48,411 nt of DNA from a virus. Taxonomy: Duplodnaviria > Caudoviricetes. A model generated the notes under the pieces. That model saw nothing but the letters and a program-made list of their open reading frames with translations, was not told the DNA's origin and did no database searches. The stretch is taken from IMG/VR virus record IMGVR_UViG_3300009086_000027, positions 1 through 48,411 of that record; one strand, given 5' to 3'. The translations under genes were made by a program, and so were the position numbers. Shown in pieces: positions 36,401-44,292 of the stretch; the stretch's first letter is position 1, and each line of letters begins with the position of its first letter.

Positions 36401-38339
36401 CGACACTAGGCTGAGACGCGGCAATAGTTAGGGTATCAGTGGCGCTGTCTGTAGTAACAGTTACGTTGCTGCCGCCGACAATAGTTAACGTGTCGTTGTT
36501 TGAATCGGCAACGATGGTGTTTTGCCCAGAGACCGCAATGTTTTTGAAGATGGCCTGAGACGAGCCACGGTCAGTGTTGGTCAGCGTAATCGAGGTAGCG
36601 CTAGCTTGGTTAGCTGTTCCTAGTTGCCCGCCGCCGGATAAGCCAGTGCTTGTGTTGACAGTGAAGGCGCCGTCGCCAACAGAAATTGCACTCGTGGAAG
36701 CGGCAGTTACACGACCCTTGGCGTCAACGGCCAAAGACGGAATAGCCGTAGACGAGCCATATGTTCCAGCCGTAACTCCACTATTAGCCAGTGTCGCGGC
36801 AGCCGTAACGTTCTGCGAACCATTAAAAGACGGGCTTGTGTATGTCACGTCGCCTGTCATGGCAATCGTGCGCCCAGTCTGCAAGTTACTAGCGGTAGTG
36901 GCGTTTCCGCTCAAGGCGGCGCTAATGGTACCAGCAGAAAAATTACCAGAGGCGTCACGGGCGACAATCGTAGAAGCCGTGTTCGCACTAGTAGCGTTAG
37001 AGGTAACTGTAAACGTCGAAGCAGTGGCTTGGTTAGCCGAGAAAGTCGCGCTTCCAGAAATGCCGGTGCCGGACGTATTAAGAGTCAGTGCGCCATCGCT
37101 AGCCGAAACGACGTTTTGCCATGAAGCAGTAGACCCGTCTGTTTGCAGATACTTTCCTGAGTTACTTGTTTGCGTCGGTAATAGGCTGTTTTTTACAGCC
37201 GTCGAAACAGTGCGAGTAGCCGAGATATGAACGTACTGGGGGTGGTCATCGTCCACTAGCCCGGAAAGATTGCCGTGGTCTGTAGCTGGATTCGCAGCTG
37301 GGTTAGCCGCGCTAAGCGACCGCAGATCAATCACATTGACAATGCGGGCGTGGGGGGTGTTAGTGTTTGAATCCGCGCAGTTGTACACTAACTTGTACAG
37401 GGGCCGAAACTCGACTGACGGAAAGTCTGGTAAGTTTAACGAGCTAAAGCTAGTCGCCTCAGCATCACCCTGACTATCCGCCTGACTCTGCCCAATGATT
37501 GCAACGACAGGGTACGTTAGGTTGTTAGTCGCCAGAATCCACGTAGTACCGTACTTATTGTTCGTTACGTCAGCGGTAGACCACACTCCGCCAGAAAGCA
37601 AGTTGTATTGTGGACGTGCAGTGCCTTGCTTAAGGGGGAAATTAGTAGGGGCGTCCAGAACCCAAGCGGTCCCTTGCAGATGCAGGACTGGAATCTTGGC
37701 TGGGAAAGCCAAATTCTGTTGCCAAGTATTAGCAGTTGGAGTAGCAGTTGACACAATGTCAACCTGCATGTCTTCGTCGAAGAACGTGCCGCCTTCTACC
37801 GCTAGCTGAGCATCGGCGTTTAAATTGCCAGTCCCGGTAGTAGTGTACCCACTGGCCGCGAAACCATTGGCGATAGCAGCGCCACGCGTGCGGTGCAAGT
37901 ATTCGTGCGTCTGCCAGTCTAGGACAACCCCGTGGCGCTCGTCACCGAAATAAACAGCCGCGCCAGTAGTAGCGTTCCAGTAGACGTAAGCCGTAGGCGC
38001 GTCGCTGTCCCACGTAAAATATGTTGTCTTGGTAGACAGCACACCGGCGTCGCTGAAATAGATGTAGTGCAGCCCTGTGGTGTTAGGGATAACTACTGTT
38101 TGAGCCGACGTAAAGACATGCTTGTTGCCTTTACACCACACAGTAAACGACGCGCCTACGGGCGAGATACTAAACGTACGAGAAGCTGTTGTAAAGCTAA
38201 TCGATGATTCAGTAATATCCTCGTGCCCAATAGGCTCGCCGCCTACCGTAGCTACTTCGGCTAAATTTGTAAAGTTCGCATCGACCTCCGCGTTGGTTAG
38301 CGGTGAGCCTTTGCCAGCACGGGTGACGATGTCGACCAT
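33426..38339 (-). CDS. Long mosaic tail fibre (1637 aa)
   Basis: TRAGKGSPLTNAEVDANF anchor; Ser/Thr/Gly-rich repeats; HxH motifs; FYD..YY.DP repeats. Confidence 0.9.
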   Translation of the reverse strand: MVDIVTRAGKGSPLTNAEVDANFTNLAEVATVGGEPIGHEDITESSISFTTASRTFSISPVGASFTVWCKGNKHVFTSAQTVVIPNTTGLHYIYFSDAGVLSTKTTYFTWDSDAPTAYVYWNATTGAAVYFGDERHGVVLDWQTHEYLHRTRGAAIANGFAASGYTTTGTGNLNADAQLAVEGGTFFDEDMQVDIVSTATPTANTWQQNLAFPAKIPVLHLQGTAWVLDAPTNFPLKQGTARPQYNLLSGGVWSTADVTNNKYGTTWILATNNLTYPVVAIIGQSQADSQGDAEATSFSSLNLPDFPSVEFRPLYKLVYNCADSNTNTPHARIVNVIDLRSLSAANPAANPATDHGNLSGLVDDDHPQYVHISATRTVSTAVKNSLLPTQTSNSGKYLQTDGSTASWQNVVSASDGALTLNTSGTGISGSATFSANQATASTFTVTSNATSANTASTIVARDASGNFSAGTISAALSGNATTASNLQTGRTIAMTGDVTYTSPSFNGSQNVTAAATLANSGVTAGTYGSSTAIPSLAVDAKGRVTAASTSAISVGDGAFTVNTSTGLSGGGQLGTANQASATSITLTNTDRGSSQAIFKNIAVSGQNTIVADSNNDTLTIVGGSNVTVTTDSATDTLTIAASQPSVGNGNLTVNTGSGLTGGAQLGTANQSTNTSITLSHADTSTQASVNNSNGVVIQDVTLDGFGHVTGLASVDLDGRYAVTGHTHSQYIPINPDGDGNAWAYSDNNPTVNGVYIGGVQSFGADGVINGGGLQSKLINAWNGFVNSSNGYYVGTRDFSADSLTYSTTKVIDSSANVFPGGGTGYLTNNPWNSVRVQSPSGYIDFGPANTSWAHIYTDRPAFYFNTDLYVLGSRVFHDGYHPNADKWTTPRTNTVTLTGDVTGSGNASVDGSGNWTVSIPAVVGDNSHNHSIDSISDEHRLFNNMGDNHSTRTSFDAQGGASTVNFGWRYVQGATNGPGVNSATQYYSQLVGLGNDYAYNTYGMQIAYPRNVSSPYITIRYEEGGVLGAWQKISAGYADSAGSASTADYATTAGSADQIDGWGFVNTGSNSAVNADTINSNGISYYTAGVTNFSGNSTDGALYSQRYSDSWQHQIAGDYRSGQIALRGRNNGTWQAWRTVVDSSNVGTYAALPGHSHSNYVTTTYNSSLNSDSRNSRGVTRLYRRDDNSDYSVQTYWTGSYWRLYGYNGDSSHADVQVGYADNAGYASSAGSATDNTKLPLAGGNMSGNIGRTSHSSGYLVGSYNSVSGNSDRTNPIYTIGSSYQPSDGDLVNMYGIGYSHSNAAYDGINTVLSGWGLYVAGGGTARVGLDGDYGVVKATGAMQAPVFYDYNDTSYYADPNSGSRLLHIFAGNVASSNDGGWNARMNLVGSSHARLDVVSNSDGIITTMYSHTGQGVGRVGTYSNHPLVLMAQGGAEGGQVYSGSLRSAIFYDSSNTTYYVDPASTSTSANFAGTAVAATFNATSTTNGGFQGIDADSAASPSFTWTADLNTGMYRYGADVIGFTAGGNDEFRVYTSYTLSPGSSRAPIFYDSNNTSYYTNPASTSVLNALNVNTINGVSASELGGASAGGVIYENNQTITASYTLTTNKNGMSAGPITINSGVTVTVPSGSAWTVV

Positions 38340-38353
38340 TCAAACTTCTCCAA

Positions 38354-38791
38354 TTAAGACACAGTAATTTGCCAAGTGATGCTCATCGCATCGTCTACGC
38401 CTTTGTTAACAACAGCGAATACAGTACGGCAAAGCATAACACCGCCGGTGGGGTCGTTAAACAAACCTGCTTCTGTAACCGCACCAGTACCAGTACCGGC
38501 TGGGAAATCGCCTACATAAGTAACCACAGCACCAGATGAAGTATCTGAAGTCAAAGCAACGCGGCCCAACTCGCTACCAAGGTTTGTGTCCCCTGCAGCG
38601 GCGGCTGATGTACCAGCACCGACAGCCATGTGGCTCATCTGAGTGGGCGTGCCAACCATCGCAGCAGCAATAAATTCTTTACCTGATGTAACCACCAAGT
38701 TCTTAATGTTTTGCTCTTGCTTAAGAGCACCGTTTTTATCAAAGACCTTAATCGCTACTGCGCCGGTCACCTTCAAGTTCTCTTGGAACAT
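38354..38791 (-). CDS. Virion structural protein
   Basis: NLVVTSG..MAVGAG..TEAGLFN..MLCRTVF pattern typical of fibre-attachment proteins. Confidence 0.75.
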   Translation of the reverse strand: MFQENLKVTGAVAIKVFDKNGALKQEQNIKNLVVTSGKEFIAAAMVGTPTQMSHMAVGAGTSAAAAGDTNLGSELGRVALTSDTSSGAVVTYVGDFPAGTGTGAVTEAGLFNDPTGGVMLCRTVFAVVNKGVDDAMSITWQITVS

Positions 38792-38800
38792 GATTTACTC

Positions 38801-39925
38801 CTATAAATATCGGGAGTCCCCGACGTAGTCTTCTGCGAAATAGGTCGGGTCGCAGTAACCCTGACTGACAAGCCCAAAACTTTCTGAAACAGAAAAAGCG
38901 TCAGATAGAACTGGACTAACCAATATGGTAGCATTATCGCTCAGTAGCGCAACGTTTGCTACTGTTCGTTCCCACACAAACGCAATGCCGTCCCCCGCGC
39001 CAAAGTTGTCGTTTAAGGCGAAAGCATCGTCGAAATAACGAACATAAACGAGCGTTGGGGTAACGATGTCGGTAATAAACGTCTCATCAGCAAGACCTTT
39101 ACCAACGTCCAAAGCTGTACCATCTGGAACAGACAGCGTGTCTTGAAGCGGCTTTGAAAACTGATAGCTAGAGGCCTCCTCTGCCGTCACAGTGTCGTCT
39201 ACTGGCTTACTCAGCTCAAACGTAGAGACTTCCGAAATAATAAAGCCGTCAGTGAGGGGCTTACTTAGGTCTAAAACCGGAGCGTCGGATAGAGACAGGC
39301 CGTCAGCTACTGGCTTTACAAACCCCTTTTCTGAGGTTTCAGTAACAGAAGTAGTATCAGAAAGAGGCTTCGTAGTCGAAAACGCAGTAGCGTCAGCTAC
39401 CCATACCTCGTCAAAAGCGCGGCGCGCTACGTCAAGAGTGTCGCTATCCTGCAGAGTGAAACTATCTTGGGTAGGGCCTTTAGTAAAATCAAAAGCGGCG
39501 GAACTACCTAAAGCGACCGCGTCAGACAGCCCCTTTTGTGCTTGTACCGTTGAGAAATCGCTAGTAGTAAAGTTATCCGTAGCTGAGCGGCTAAAGCTCA
39601 ACGAAGCTGAGTCTAAGGCAGAAACAGTATCAGTGCGCAGCTTAGCGAGCGTAAACTGCTTGCCTTCTACTACAGCCACAGCATCTACGACATACTTATA
39701 CAGCCCCGTGTAGTCAATGGTAGCCGCAACAGCGAAGCTAATGTAATCAAGCTGCGCGGCAGGTACAGAATATGTAAGGTCGCCGCTTAGAAGCGTGTAA
39801 TTTGTCTGCGCAACTGGAGATACAGCGGTGACGCCAGCTATAGGCGCAACAATAGATACACTCAGCCTCGGCTTTACAATCTGAGCGGAAGCGCTAGGGC
39901 TAACAATGGTTAGCCTAGTCGCCAT
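38801..39925 (-). CDS. Structural protein with 18-aa periodic repeats
   Basis: KPLSD/KPVAD/KPLTD/KPVDD/KPLQD/KGLAD every 18 aa. Confidence 0.75.
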   Translation of the reverse strand: MATRLTIVSPSASAQIVKPRLSVSIVAPIAGVTAVSPVAQTNYTLLSGDLTYSVPAAQLDYISFAVAATIDYTGLYKYVVDAVAVVEGKQFTLAKLRTDTVSALDSASLSFSRSATDNFTTSDFSTVQAQKGLSDAVALGSSAAFDFTKGPTQDSFTLQDSDTLDVARRAFDEVWVADATAFSTTKPLSDTTSVTETSEKGFVKPVADGLSLSDAPVLDLSKPLTDGFIISEVSTFELSKPVDDTVTAEEASSYQFSKPLQDTLSVPDGTALDVGKGLADETFITDIVTPTLVYVRYFDDAFALNDNFGAGDGIAFVWERTVANVALLSDNATILVSPVLSDAFSVSESFGLVSQGYCDPTYFAEDYVGDSRYL

Positions 39926-40257
39926 TAGAAGTCCTCGCGAACTTTAAAGCGTAGGGTATCGTAGACTGTCTGGATTTGCCCGTCGCTAAACGTAATCTCA
40001 ATCTCGCCTTCGTAGTCGCCAGCATCGCCAGCCAACATTTCTGGAGCAGAAGCTGGATAGAAAACGCAAACGCCATTAGGGCCGTCCGTGACCGTACCAG
40101 TAACAGTCGCAGTAAGCGTTGTAGCGCCTAACGCGCGGAACTTCAAAACAGGAGTAGCGCCTGTTAGTCCAATAGCAGACCCAGTCGTTTCGTCGGTCAG
40201 AGTGCAGACAATCGCAGGGCGGGTATCACCTTGGACTAGTTTGATCTTATCTACCAT
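39925..40257 (-). CDS. BppU N-terminal-like Ig-fold protein
   Basis: LVQGDT..LTGAT..GDYEGEIEITF. Confidence 0.7.
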   Translation of the reverse strand: MVDKIKLVQGDTRPAIVCTLTDETTGSAIGLTGATPVLKFRALGATTLTATVTGTVTDGPNGVCVFYPASAPEMLAGDAGDYEGEIEITFSDGQIQTVYDTLRFKVREDF

Positions 40258-40266
40258 AACGCTTCC

Positions 40267-40875
40267 TTAAGCAGCCGGAGCCATCGTCACACTATGTTTG
40301 ACACCGCGCATGTCGCGAATACGAGCGCGAGAGATGGCTTGCTCGTATTGTTTTTTGTTGTACTCAGCCATGCTTACGTCTGTCCAATCCTTACCGGGGA
40401 TAACAGCTAGACGAGCAATAGTTCCGCAAATAATAGCGTCCGCCCATGTCTCGTAAATCCAATCTTCAACACCAGTGGCTGTACGGCTAGGCTTCAGAAC
40501 ACCGGTAAGGCGTAAGTGAACACGGGAGTCTGGAATAGGGAACAGGCGAATGGAATTATCGGAATGAATCCAGTAGTGAGTGGGGTTACCTCTGTCGTAC
40601 CGCCGATCATTGGGGATCATGCGAATATCAGTATGCTGCAGCGCCATATTATCAACCACGACAGATGTCACTGCTTCTACAAAAACATCGGCGCTGAGGT
40701 CGTACTCAACGATGCCGGGGGCTGTAAAAATAGGATCAATATCATCGCGCCAAAGGTGCGTCTGCGCAAAGAAATCCGCTGCTGTAATAGCAAGGTAGGT
40801 TTTAACAGTGATGTCAGGGCAGCCCGGAATGTGGGGCTTCACCAATGGTAAGAAGTCATCCCACACTTTTGCCAT
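40267..40875 (-). CDS. Head-tail adaptor / tail tubular A-like protein
   Basis: PGCPD..FFAQTHLWR..IRLFPIPD..LKPS; position. Confidence 0.7.
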   Translation of the reverse strand: MAKVWDDFLPLVKPHIPGCPDITVKTYLAITAADFFAQTHLWRDDIDPIFTAPGIVEYDLSADVFVEAVTSVVVDNMALQHTDIRMIPNDRRYDRGNPTHYWIHSDNSIRLFPIPDSRVHLRLTGVLKPSRTATGVEDWIYETWADAIICGTIARLAVIPGKDWTDVSMAEYNKKQYEQAISRARIRDMRGVKHSVTMAPAA

Positions 40876-41552
40876 TATGCAACTCCGGGTTGTGACGCTG
40901 CCTCGACCTGACCTTTACCAGTTAGTGCAGCTTGGAACGCCTGCAGGTGGGCTACGGCTCGCTGAGAATTACCTGCGTACTCTGCGTCTTTGCTGTAAGC
41001 ACGATACAGAATGTAGTCAAGGATAGCGCCAGCGTAACTATCATCAACACTAATTGTGTCGGTAGTCAGTGGGTTTCCTAACTCAGCTTCTGTGAGAGAG
41101 TGACCTTGTGGTACAGATGAATACACAATCTCTAGCTCTGCCGTAACAGCCGCAGGAGGGTACACCAAAAATTCTTTGGGCAGCCGTGGGTCAAACATGT
41201 AGTGTTGGATAGTGGTAACTGGCGTGTCGCCGTACCATGTGCGGCGTTGGTCATCCAACATATTTCGGTTTGTTAGGCGGATCGCGCTTTTATCAGAAGC
41301 AGCAGCGACGTTACGCACAACATCGATCAAACGCAAGGCGCTAGAAAACACAGAAGTGACGTTTTGGCGAGGGCCTACCGCACAAGTAAAGGTGCCTGTC
41401 TGCGTATTTGCATCCGGGCGCAAATTGATAATGTCTCGATACGAATCATTCAGCCACAACTGCAGCTCGGTGAGCGGCCATCGGACAGAGGTTGTGTCTT
41501 GCAGTAACGTTTTAGCACGCTCTACTACTTCTACGACTTTAACTGCGGCCAT
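40875..41552 (-). CDS. Head-tail adaptor (DUF6682-like)
   Basis: LLQD..VRW..ELQLWLND..RPDA..FLVYPP..YRAYSKD. Confidence 0.75.
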   Translation of the reverse strand: MAAVKVVEVVERAKTLLQDTTSVRWPLTELQLWLNDSYRDIINLRPDANTQTGTFTCAVGPRQNVTSVFSSALRLIDVVRNVAAASDKSAIRLTNRNMLDDQRRTWYGDTPVTTIQHYMFDPRLPKEFLVYPPAAVTAELEIVYSSVPQGHSLTEAELGNPLTTDTISVDDSYAGAILDYILYRAYSKDAEYAGNSQRAVAHLQAFQAALTGKGQVEAASQPGVA

Positions 41553-41560
41553 GGCTTACC

Positions 41561-41833
41561 TCATTCTTTAGCAACGTCAATATCGACGCGTAGACCCACT
41601 GCTTCTGACACAGATTCTACAGCAGCCGCAAACTTTTTGCGAGTTTTTACAGGAACCGCTTCAGCGACTACGACATTAGACTGCTCGTTAGCCAAAACTT
41701 GGCCTTTTTCGGTTAGTTGCCAGTCTTGCCCTTCGAGTTTGGCGAGAACGACAATTTCGCCGTTGATCGTGGCACGGATTTTGTGGCCCAAAATTTGGCC
41801 GTTAAGCCGCTTCATCAAATCTAACGGATTCAT
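41561..41833 (-). CDS. Hypothetical protein
   Basis: GGAGA SD; located after the capsid gene. Confidence 0.7.
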   Translation of the reverse strand: MNPLDLMKRLNGQILGHKIRATINGEIVVLAKLEGQDWQLTEKGQVLANEQSNVVVAEAVPVKTRKKFAAAVESVSEAVGLRVDIDVAKE

Positions 41834-41842
41834 AGTTTCTCC

Positions 41843-41875
41843 AAAAAGACAGAGAGGGGGCGCTAGGCCCCCTCT
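41843..41875 (-). terminator. Terminator after the major capsid gene
   Basis: AGAGGGGGC-5nt-GCCCCCTCT 9-bp stem, then CUGUCUUUUU on minus (interrupted, probably leaky). Confidence 0.7.
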
Positions 41876-41887
41876 TCTTAGCCACTA

Positions 41888-42889
41888 TTAGGTAGCGGAA
41901 CCGACTTGAGCAACGACCAGAGCTTCTGGCTTAGTCACTTTGCGGCCATAGACAGCCAAACCGCGAACGATGTCGCCGAAGTCTGTCTGGTTACGCAGGG
42001 GCTCAGTCTTGTTGATGGTCATGGCAAAAGACACAGCGGCCTTAGTACCAGCAATCATCGTACGACGGGCTTTAGCGTCAGTCACAGCACCACCGGTAGA
42101 GGTAGCAGACAAACCAGCAACCAATGCCTTACCAGCTTCGCCTTTTGGCAACAGGTTAGACACGTAGACGCTGAAGCGGTCCAACATACCGATCTTACCA
42201 GAGCGGATGGTGCTTGAGTTATCACCAGAGAAGTACGCCTGAGCGATGCTTGATTGCATCAACAGGTGACGGTCATAGGGTGACAGGATCAAGAAACGGC
42301 CATCTTCAGGAACGTTCTGCTCGTCCAAAGCTGTAGACATGCGAAGGATAGCCTTCAACACGTTCTCAGGGGTAGCTTGGTCGACAGGAGCGGTATCAGA
42401 GCCCAAGTTGTAGGCAGCAGAGATAGCACCAGCAGTAGAACCTTCGTTCGCAGCGGCAGGGCCTTCGGTCACAAAGCTGTTGAAGAACACTTCGTTTTCG
42501 ATAGCGATTTTCAACTGCTTAGCAGCATCTTCCGTGAACATGTTCATCAAAGACATGTCTGACTGATAAGCCAAAACGTCGTTGACTTGCACGCCAAAGT
42601 ACTTGCCTTTGTTGACTTGCATGTCTTGGAAAATGGGCTCAGGCACTTCGTAGCTCAAGCTCTGACCAGCGGTGTAGTCAGAGATGCTGATTGAAGGAGC
42701 CAAACGGATACGAACGGTATCGCCTTGGTTCTTCAACTCGCCTTCGTAGTCAGTGTTAGTGACTTCTGACAGCATAGTGTTCTGGTAGAACTTGGCAAGC
42801 AACTTGCCGGACCACAGGGTGGGGATAAATGCGCCAGAGTAAGACTGGCTAGTGGCGAAGTCGCCAGTGACGGGATAAACAGCAGCCAT
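41888..42889 (-). CDS. Major capsid protein
   Basis: FIPTLWSGKL..NTDYEGEL...GDTVRI..DIVRGLAVYG; AAGGAGG SD; follows the scaffold gene; terminator downstream. Confidence 0.92.
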   Translation of the reverse strand: MAAVYPVTGDFATSQSYSGAFIPTLWSGKLLAKFYQNTMLSEVTNTDYEGELKNQGDTVRIRLAPSISISDYTAGQSLSYEVPEPIFQDMQVNKGKYFGVQVNDVLAYQSDMSLMNMFTEDAAKQLKIAIENEVFFNSFVTEGPAAANEGSTAGAISAAYNLGSDTAPVDQATPENVLKAILRMSTALDEQNVPEDGRFLILSPYDRHLLMQSSIAQAYFSGDNSSTIRSGKIGMLDRFSVYVSNLLPKGEAGKALVAGLSATSTGGAVTDAKARRTMIAGTKAAVSFAMTINKTEPLRNQTDFGDIVRGLAVYGRKVTKPEALVVAQVGSAT

Positions 42890-42940
42890 TTTGGCCTCCT
42901 TAAAAGTTTAAAACAGGTTGGTTAGACACCTGTATATAGG

Positions 42941-43915
42941 TTACGCGGTAACGCGGTTCTCCATATACGCAGCATCAATTTCAGCTTCAAGTTTACGAGC
43001 CGCTTCAATGTCACCTCGACCACCCAAATCAGCCGCCTTTTTAAACATAGCCTCAATCTGTTTTACAGAATAAGTCTTGCCTTTTGGCTGAACTGGTGCG
43101 GCGTTAGTAGCACTGCGGTTCGGTTGAATCTGACGCTCTAGCTCTTCGTTTGGACCTTTTGGTTGCGACGCGGGAGCAATGCCTTGTTTAAACATACTCA
43201 CGTAATACGCAACGCCTTCGGCATCGCCTCGGTTGAACGCTTCTTGCGCCACAGTCATTCGAGGGGCTCGGATCAGAGGATCAACTTCGTTAAGCCAAGC
43301 GATCCATTTAGGGTCGGCGTTAACTTGGTCAAAATCCGGCACCATACGGTGCAGTCTCTGCTCAAAGCTAGCTTCAGAAACTTGTGAACCGGTCTTTGTC
43401 AACTGCTCGCGCAGGACATCGTTGTCGGATCGGAGTTTCTCAAGCTCCTCTTGGAACTCTTGCGCCACTTCGCGGGCTACCTTGCGTTGTACCTCAATAA
43501 GGTCCTCGCCAAAGGCTTGGACATCATCATCAGTAACCAGTTTCTTTCGCTCTTTAGGCTTCGGTGCTTCCTCAGCTTTAGGCTTCTCCAGCTCTTTCAT
43601 CTGAGCCTTCAATTCCTTCAACTGAGCATGCAATCGGGGAACTTCCGCGTCGTACATCCCTTGCAGGGTACGGTACTTCTGTTGCCACGTTTCCTCTTCC
43701 TGTGGATCGACTTCCACTGGGTTAGACGGTTCTACCTTCGGTTGTTCTGTCGCTTTGGGTTCTTCAGCTACAGGCGTGGGCTCTGTTGACTGCTCTTCAA
43801 CTTCGGCTGCGGGCTCCTCCGTAGGGGGGCTTTTAGCTTCTTGATCTTTAGCCAACTGCGCTTCCAGCGCTTCTAAATCCTTAATCGTCTTCTCAACTTG
43901 TTTAGGCAATGCCAT
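42941..43915 (-). CDS. Capsid scaffolding protein
   Basis: Acidic Pro-rich N-terminus; WQQKYRTLQGMY coiled coil; upstream of the capsid gene. Confidence 0.82.
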   Translation of the reverse strand: MALPKQVEKTIKDLEALEAQLAKDQEAKSPPTEEPAAEVEEQSTEPTPVAEEPKATEQPKVEPSNPVEVDPQEEETWQQKYRTLQGMYDAEVPRLHAQLKELKAQMKELEKPKAEEAPKPKERKKLVTDDDVQAFGEDLIEVQRKVAREVAQEFQEELEKLRSDNDVLREQLTKTGSQVSEASFEQRLHRMVPDFDQVNADPKWIAWLNEVDPLIRAPRMTVAQEAFNRGDAEGVAYYVSMFKQGIAPASQPKGPNEELERQIQPNRSATNAAPVQPKGKTYSVKQIEAMFKKAADLGGRGDIEAARKLEAEIDAAYMENRVTA

Positions 43916-44007
43916 CTTAATTTCCCTTTTCGCTCCAACTCTGCTCTGGGCTCCTACTGCGGTCTGCCGTTTGCATAATGGTTTGCTTCGGTTTACAAAA
44001 ATGCGGG

Positions 44008-44250
44008 TTATTTAACCCGCTCGACTATCTCGGACGATTTTTCAACCGCTTCGAGAAAATCTTGAAGAACTTCAGCTCGACCTTGCAGGCGGTGAATCAT
44101 TACCGTATCGTCAGCCATTACTAAGGCGTTTTTAGCCTCGTCTAGCTTAGATCGGAAAAGTCCTACCAGCGCTGCGTTTTCCGGCTGCTTGCAGCGTAGT
44201 AACGCTTGCATATGCTGCCTGTCAGGCTTAGGTCCGATAAAAATCCTCAT
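44008..44250 (-). CDS. Small conserved protein between portal and scaffold
   Basis: Helical; HRLQGRAEVL motif; position. Confidence 0.75.
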   Translation of the reverse strand: MRIFIGPKPDRQHMQALLRCKQPENAALVGLFRSKLDEAKNALVMADDTVMIHRLQGRAEVLQDFLEAVEKSSEIVERVK

Positions 44251-44259
44251 GTGCTCAAT

Positions 44260-44288
44260 TTTATAGCAACTTGTTACTAATGTGTCAA
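44260..44288 (-). promoter_or_regulatory. Near-consensus sigma70 promoter for scaffold/capsid genes
   Basis: TTGACA-17nt-TATAAA on minus, in an intergenic gap. Confidence 0.75.
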
Positions 44289-44292
44289 CAAG

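Noticed and set aside
42913-42933. ACAGGT/ACCTGT hairpin before the capsid SD
   Set aside because: Only 6 bp and not clearly a terminator; too weak to call
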